Of a stretch of 64,000 nucleotides of DNA, positions 60,422-64,000 are shown piece after piece; the stretch's first letter is position 1, and each line of letters opens with the position of its first letter. The notes under the pieces were generated by a model that ran no database searches, had not been told where the DNA came from, and saw nothing but the letters and a program-made list of their open reading frames with translations. Both the position numbers and the translations under genes were made by a program. Source of the stretch: an uncultured Planctomycetia bacterium (lineage in GTDB: Bacteria; Omnitrophota; Gorgyraeia; 2-01-FULL-45-10; JAHFGN01); assembly GCA_964354545.1 (NCBI GenBank), contig CAYHAE010000001.1, positions 364 through 64,363 of the forward strand, given 5' to 3'.

Positions 60422-60526
60422 GAGGTTACATAAGGTTCCATCAGGTTACATAACGTTACATAAGGTTACGAAAGTGGGCAACCTTATGGAACATGAGGGA
60501 ACCTTACGTAACATTATGGAACGTTT
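60421..60526. repeat. 5+5 inverted array of 10-bp repeats (TAAGGTTACA / TGTAACCTTA)
   Basis: agaggttaca taaggttcca tcaggttaca taacgttaca taaggttacg - aaagtg - ggcaacctta tggaacatga gggaacctta cgtaacatta tggaacgttt. Confidence 0.9.
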
Positions 60527-60532
60527 AAAACT

Positions 60533-60934
60533 ATGCCCGAAAGCCTGCTCACAATAAAGGACGTAGCCCGGTATCTCGGTCTGCCCGAGGAAGAGGTGAA
60601 GCGCCTCGTTGATGAAGGGGAGATCCCCGCCTATAAGATCGGGGGGACGTTCCTGCGGTTCAGGAAGGAGCAGATCGAGGCGATAAAAAATGAGATCCGC
60701 ACCCTGGAAGAGAAGGAACCGGAACGCGCGAAGGCCCACCTTGACTCGAAAGGCCGCCCCTCCCGTCCCTACACCGACCTTGAGCGAGAGATAAAGAGAA
60801 GAGAGCCCATGACCCGGCAGTACGACTACACCTTTCCGGAGAGGATCAAGGATTTTTGGTACTTCTGTAATTTCTATGTCCTCTCCACGCTCTTCATTGT
60901 GCTCATCCTGTACATCATTATCCTGCAGACATGA
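60533..60934 (+). CDS. HTH_17 (excisionase-like) protein with C-terminal transmembrane anchor
   Basis: LLTIKDVARYLGL..LVDEGEIPAYKIGGTFLRFRKEQI; C-terminal FYVLSTLFIVLILYIIIL. Confidence 0.88.
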   Translation: MPESLLTIKDVARYLGLPEEEVKRLVDEGEIPAYKIGGTFLRFRKEQIEAIKNEIRTLEEKEPERAKAHLDSKGRPSRPYTDLEREIKRREPMTRQYDYTFPERIKDFWYFCNFYVLSTLFIVLILYIIILQT

Positions 60935-61014
60935 TGCTGCCTTCGTCCCGGCGAGAAAATGGTGTTTTGAAAAGGAAGCGTGCGAGAGTCTTTGCGCGAA
61001 TTCGGGAATAATCG

Positions 61015-61752
<738 letters not shown>

Positions 61753-61755
<3 letters not shown>

Positions 61756-62192
61756 CGTATAGCGGCTAGTACACTAACATCGCTTATAATATCCATAGTC
61801 CACAGACCACAGACAATAGACCATAGACTGTGAAACGCGGACCATATGCTAAACACCAAAATATCCAGTCACGCATCAGTTTTACGTGTTGAGTGTGTGG
61901 TACGATGAAGGGGTGGACGGATCCAGGGCATAAAAGCGCCCGGGGCCCCCGAGGGGCGGCATTGAGCGGGACGTAAAAATCGCGAGCGGGCACGGATCCC
62001 GAGCCCGCTAAAAGATGTATGCGAGGGAGAGCGAGCGATTTTTCTCGAGTGCAATTTTCCTCGCCGGGGAAAATTGCACGTTCCCGCGAAATGACGACCC
62101 GAGAGGGGGCAAGAGCTTGCAATGAAGGAGGTGGGTGGCATGCTGTATAGGATGCTCAATCCTATACGCTAAACGCTATCCGCTATACGCTA
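61753..62192. mobile_element. Highly structured intergenic insert bracketed by inverted (TAGCGTA)/(TACGCTA) heptamers
   Basis: Heptamers 61753-61769, 61793-61829 (TAGACCA type), 62163-62192; nested stems cattgagcggga/tcccgcgaaatg, aaaaatcgc/gcgattttt, agcgggc/gcccgct, gtgcaattttcc/ggaaaattgcac. Confidence 0.7.
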
Positions 62193-62194
62193 TT

Positions 62195-63367
62195 ATGAAG
62201 ATCGCCTACTTCGACTGTTTTTCAGGCATCAGCGGTGACATGGTCCTCGGGGCTTTTCTGGACGCAGGGCTCGATATCAAGATCTTGCGGAAGGGCCTCG
62301 CGCGGCTGAAGTTGACGGGGTATGAGATCAAGGCAAAGCGGGTGAAGCGCTCGAGCCTCGTGGGAACGAAATTCACGTGCGCCGTGAAAAAGGGCCGGGG
62401 CAACGGCCATTCGCACTCCACCCTCAGCTCCATTCTGGATCTCATCGGGAAAAGCAGCCTTCCCAAGGGCGTCAGGGACCTCTCGAGTCAGATATTCCTC
62501 ACGATCGGCAACGCGGAGGCGAAGGTCCACGGTGAGAGATTGGAAGACGTCCGTTTTCACGAAGTAGGGAACATCGATTCGATCGTCGACGTCGTCGGAT
62601 GCGCGCTCGCGATCGACGCAATGGGGATCGAGAAGTTCTATTCATCCGACGTCGTCCTGGGGAAGGGGTATGTCTACACCCAGATAGGGACCCTGCCTGT
62701 CCCGAGCCCGGCGACGGCGGTCCTCATGAAAGGGGTACCCGTGCGGATGTCGAGGGTAGAGGCGGAGCTCGTGACCCCGACAGGCGCAGGTATTTTGCGG
62801 GGCGTACACGCCCATTTCGCACCCATGCCCGGCATGCGCATGGAGAGGATCGGCTATGGAGCGGGGACCGCGGATTTTGCCGGAACGCCCAACATGCTCA
62901 GGGTTATTGTGGGAGAATCAGGCGACGCTTACGAGCGGGACAGCGTGTACGTCGTCGAAACGAATATTGACGATATGAGCCCGCAGGTCTTCGATTACCT
63001 TTTTGAACGGCTCTTCAAGGTAGGCGCTCTCGACGTCTACGTCACTCCCATCCAGATGAAGAAATCCCGGCCGGCGTTCCAGTTGAGCGTGCTCGCGGAA
63101 GAGCCCTTGTTGGATAAGATCGGCGCAGCGATATTCGAGGAGACGACCTCGATCGGATTAAGGTGCTATAGGGTTGACAGGGTCAAGCTCTCGAGAAAGA
63201 TCGTGAGCGTCCGTACAAAATACGGCAGGATCAAAGTGAAGATCGGCCTCGGCCCCGGACGCATAAGGATCGTCTCTCCCGAATACGAGGACTGCGTGGC
63301 CATCGCGAAGAAGATGAAGGTGCCGCTCAAGGTCGTGTACGACGAGGCGAAGAGGGTTTTGAGATGA
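62195..63367 (+). CDS. larC: Nickel-pincer cofactor nickel insertase LarC
   Basis: YFDCFSGISGDMVLGA, AEAKVHG, FHEVG..DSIVD, ELVTPTGA, ETNIDDM, MKKSRP, PEYEDC. Confidence 0.95.
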   Translation: MKIAYFDCFSGISGDMVLGAFLDAGLDIKILRKGLARLKLTGYEIKAKRVKRSSLVGTKFTCAVKKGRGNGHSHSTLSSILDLIGKSSLPKGVRDLSSQIFLTIGNAEAKVHGERLEDVRFHEVGNIDSIVDVVGCALAIDAMGIEKFYSSDVVLGKGYVYTQIGTLPVPSPATAVLMKGVPVRMSRVEAELVTPTGAGILRGVHAHFAPMPGMRMERIGYGAGTADFAGTPNMLRVIVGESGDAYERDSVYVVETNIDDMSPQVFDYLFERLFKVGALDVYVTPIQMKKSRPAFQLSVLAEEPLLDKIGAAIFEETTSIGLRCYRVDRVKLSRKIVSVRTKYGRIKVKIGLGPGRIRIVSPEYEDCVAIAKKMKVPLKVVYDEAKRVLR

Positions 63368-63377
63368 TAAATGACGG

Positions 63378-63465
63378 TCATTGTGAGGGGTCCCGAAGTT
63401 TCGGACGCGACGAAGCGATCTATCCGCAGCAGCGCTTTAGATTAAGATTGAGATTAAGATTGAGA
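63378..63465. repeat. REP-like palindrome followed by (AGATTR)n hexamer run
   Basis: gtcattgtgag...cgaagcgatct; agattaagattgagattaagattgaga. Confidence 0.6.
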
Positions 63466-63482
63466 AATACACGAAGCAGGGG

Positions 63483-64000
63483 ATGAACCTAGAGATGACA
63501 CCAGCCTTACGCAAGACATTTCGCCCGTCGGTCTATGGTCTATGGTCTTTAGTCTTTAGTCTTGCGTCGCTAGTCGTTGGTCTATGGTCCATAGTCTTTA
63601 GTCTTTTTCTGGCCTTCGGTCTCTCCACCGCACGCGCCGACACCGTCATAAAGCGAGACGGCCGCGAGCTGAAGGGGATCATCGTCGAGGATTACTACGA
63701 CAGGATCGTCCTCTCAACGCCTGACGGCGAGGTCCAGGTCCTGAAGTCCGATGTTCGGGAATTATCGTACGACTCTGAAGAAGACAATCTGATAAAACTC
63801 GGAGACCTCGCAAAAGAGAGGAGCAATTACGAAGCCGCCTACTCATACTATGAAAAAGCATTCAACATGAATCCCAATTCGAAACCCGCAAAAGACGGAA
63901 TGATGTACCTCAAGGGGTTCCTCTTCCGAAAAGAAGAGGCGAAGAAGGAAGAGGACATTAAGCGCCGCACAGAGTTCGAACGATACCAGGTTGCCGGGAT
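63483..64000 (+). CDS. Exported protein with TPR-like segment, 3'-truncated by window edge
   Basis: Own translation: MNLEMTPALRKTFRPSVYGLWSLVFSL...LSTARA|DTVIKRDGRELKGIIVED...YEAAYSYYEKAFNMNPNS; open to the end. Confidence 0.8.
   Translation, partial: MNLEMTPALRKTFRPSVYGLWSLVFSLASLVVGLWSIVFSLFLAFGLSTARADTVIKRDGRELKGIIVEDYYDRIVLSTPDGEVQVLKSDVRELSYDSEEDNLIKLGDLAKERSNYEAAYSYYEKAFNMNPNSKPAKDGMMYLKGFLFRKEEAKKEEDIKRRTEFERYQVAG

Noticed and set aside
59876-60934. Prophage/ICE excisionase module
   Set aside because: HTH_17 domains are fused to bactofilin or a TM helix; no integrase, att site or phage genes nearby.

Overview
Core-chromosome window of a diderm bacterium; gene style and synteny suggest the PVC superphylum, possibly Ca. 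Omnitrophota (inference only). Essentially every gene is on the + strand. Order: end of dcw cluster (ftsQ, a shortened ftsA, no ftsZ) - yggS-proC-yggT-DUF167-mtnP-ileS - DksA/TraR-lspA-lgt-rluD-aroA - mreBCD-mrdA-rodA - radical SAM - a ~15 kb type IVa pilus locus (degenerate GGDEF, pilT, stand-alone MshEN, two pilB, pilC, three pilins, pilMNOPQ) - DUF2344-rng-rplU-rpmA-obg-proBA-nadD - small Zn-ribbon-rsfS-HD-GYP-argS - short mfd - two parvulins-pdxA-rsmA - gatCAB - S41 protease - polysaccharide deacetylase - tsaD - MgtC - bactofilin-HTH fusion - membrane-anchored HTH - larB-larC - TPR protein. No rRNA, tRNA, CRISPR, transposase or integrase was recognised. Most interesting: (1) FtsA lacking most of its FtsZ-binding 2B subdomain, with ftsZ absent from its usual place; (2) a bactofilin-HTH_17 / HTH_17-TM gene pair flanking a 5+5 inverted array of 10-bp repeats; (3) a 60-bp-period composite array that supplies the mrdA stop and rodA RBS; (4) many non-autonomous intergenic elements (inverted 7- and 10-bp-period arrays, GNA-triloop and tandem-GA hairpins), including a clean empty/filled site pair behind duplicated pilins; (5) a minimal Mfd.
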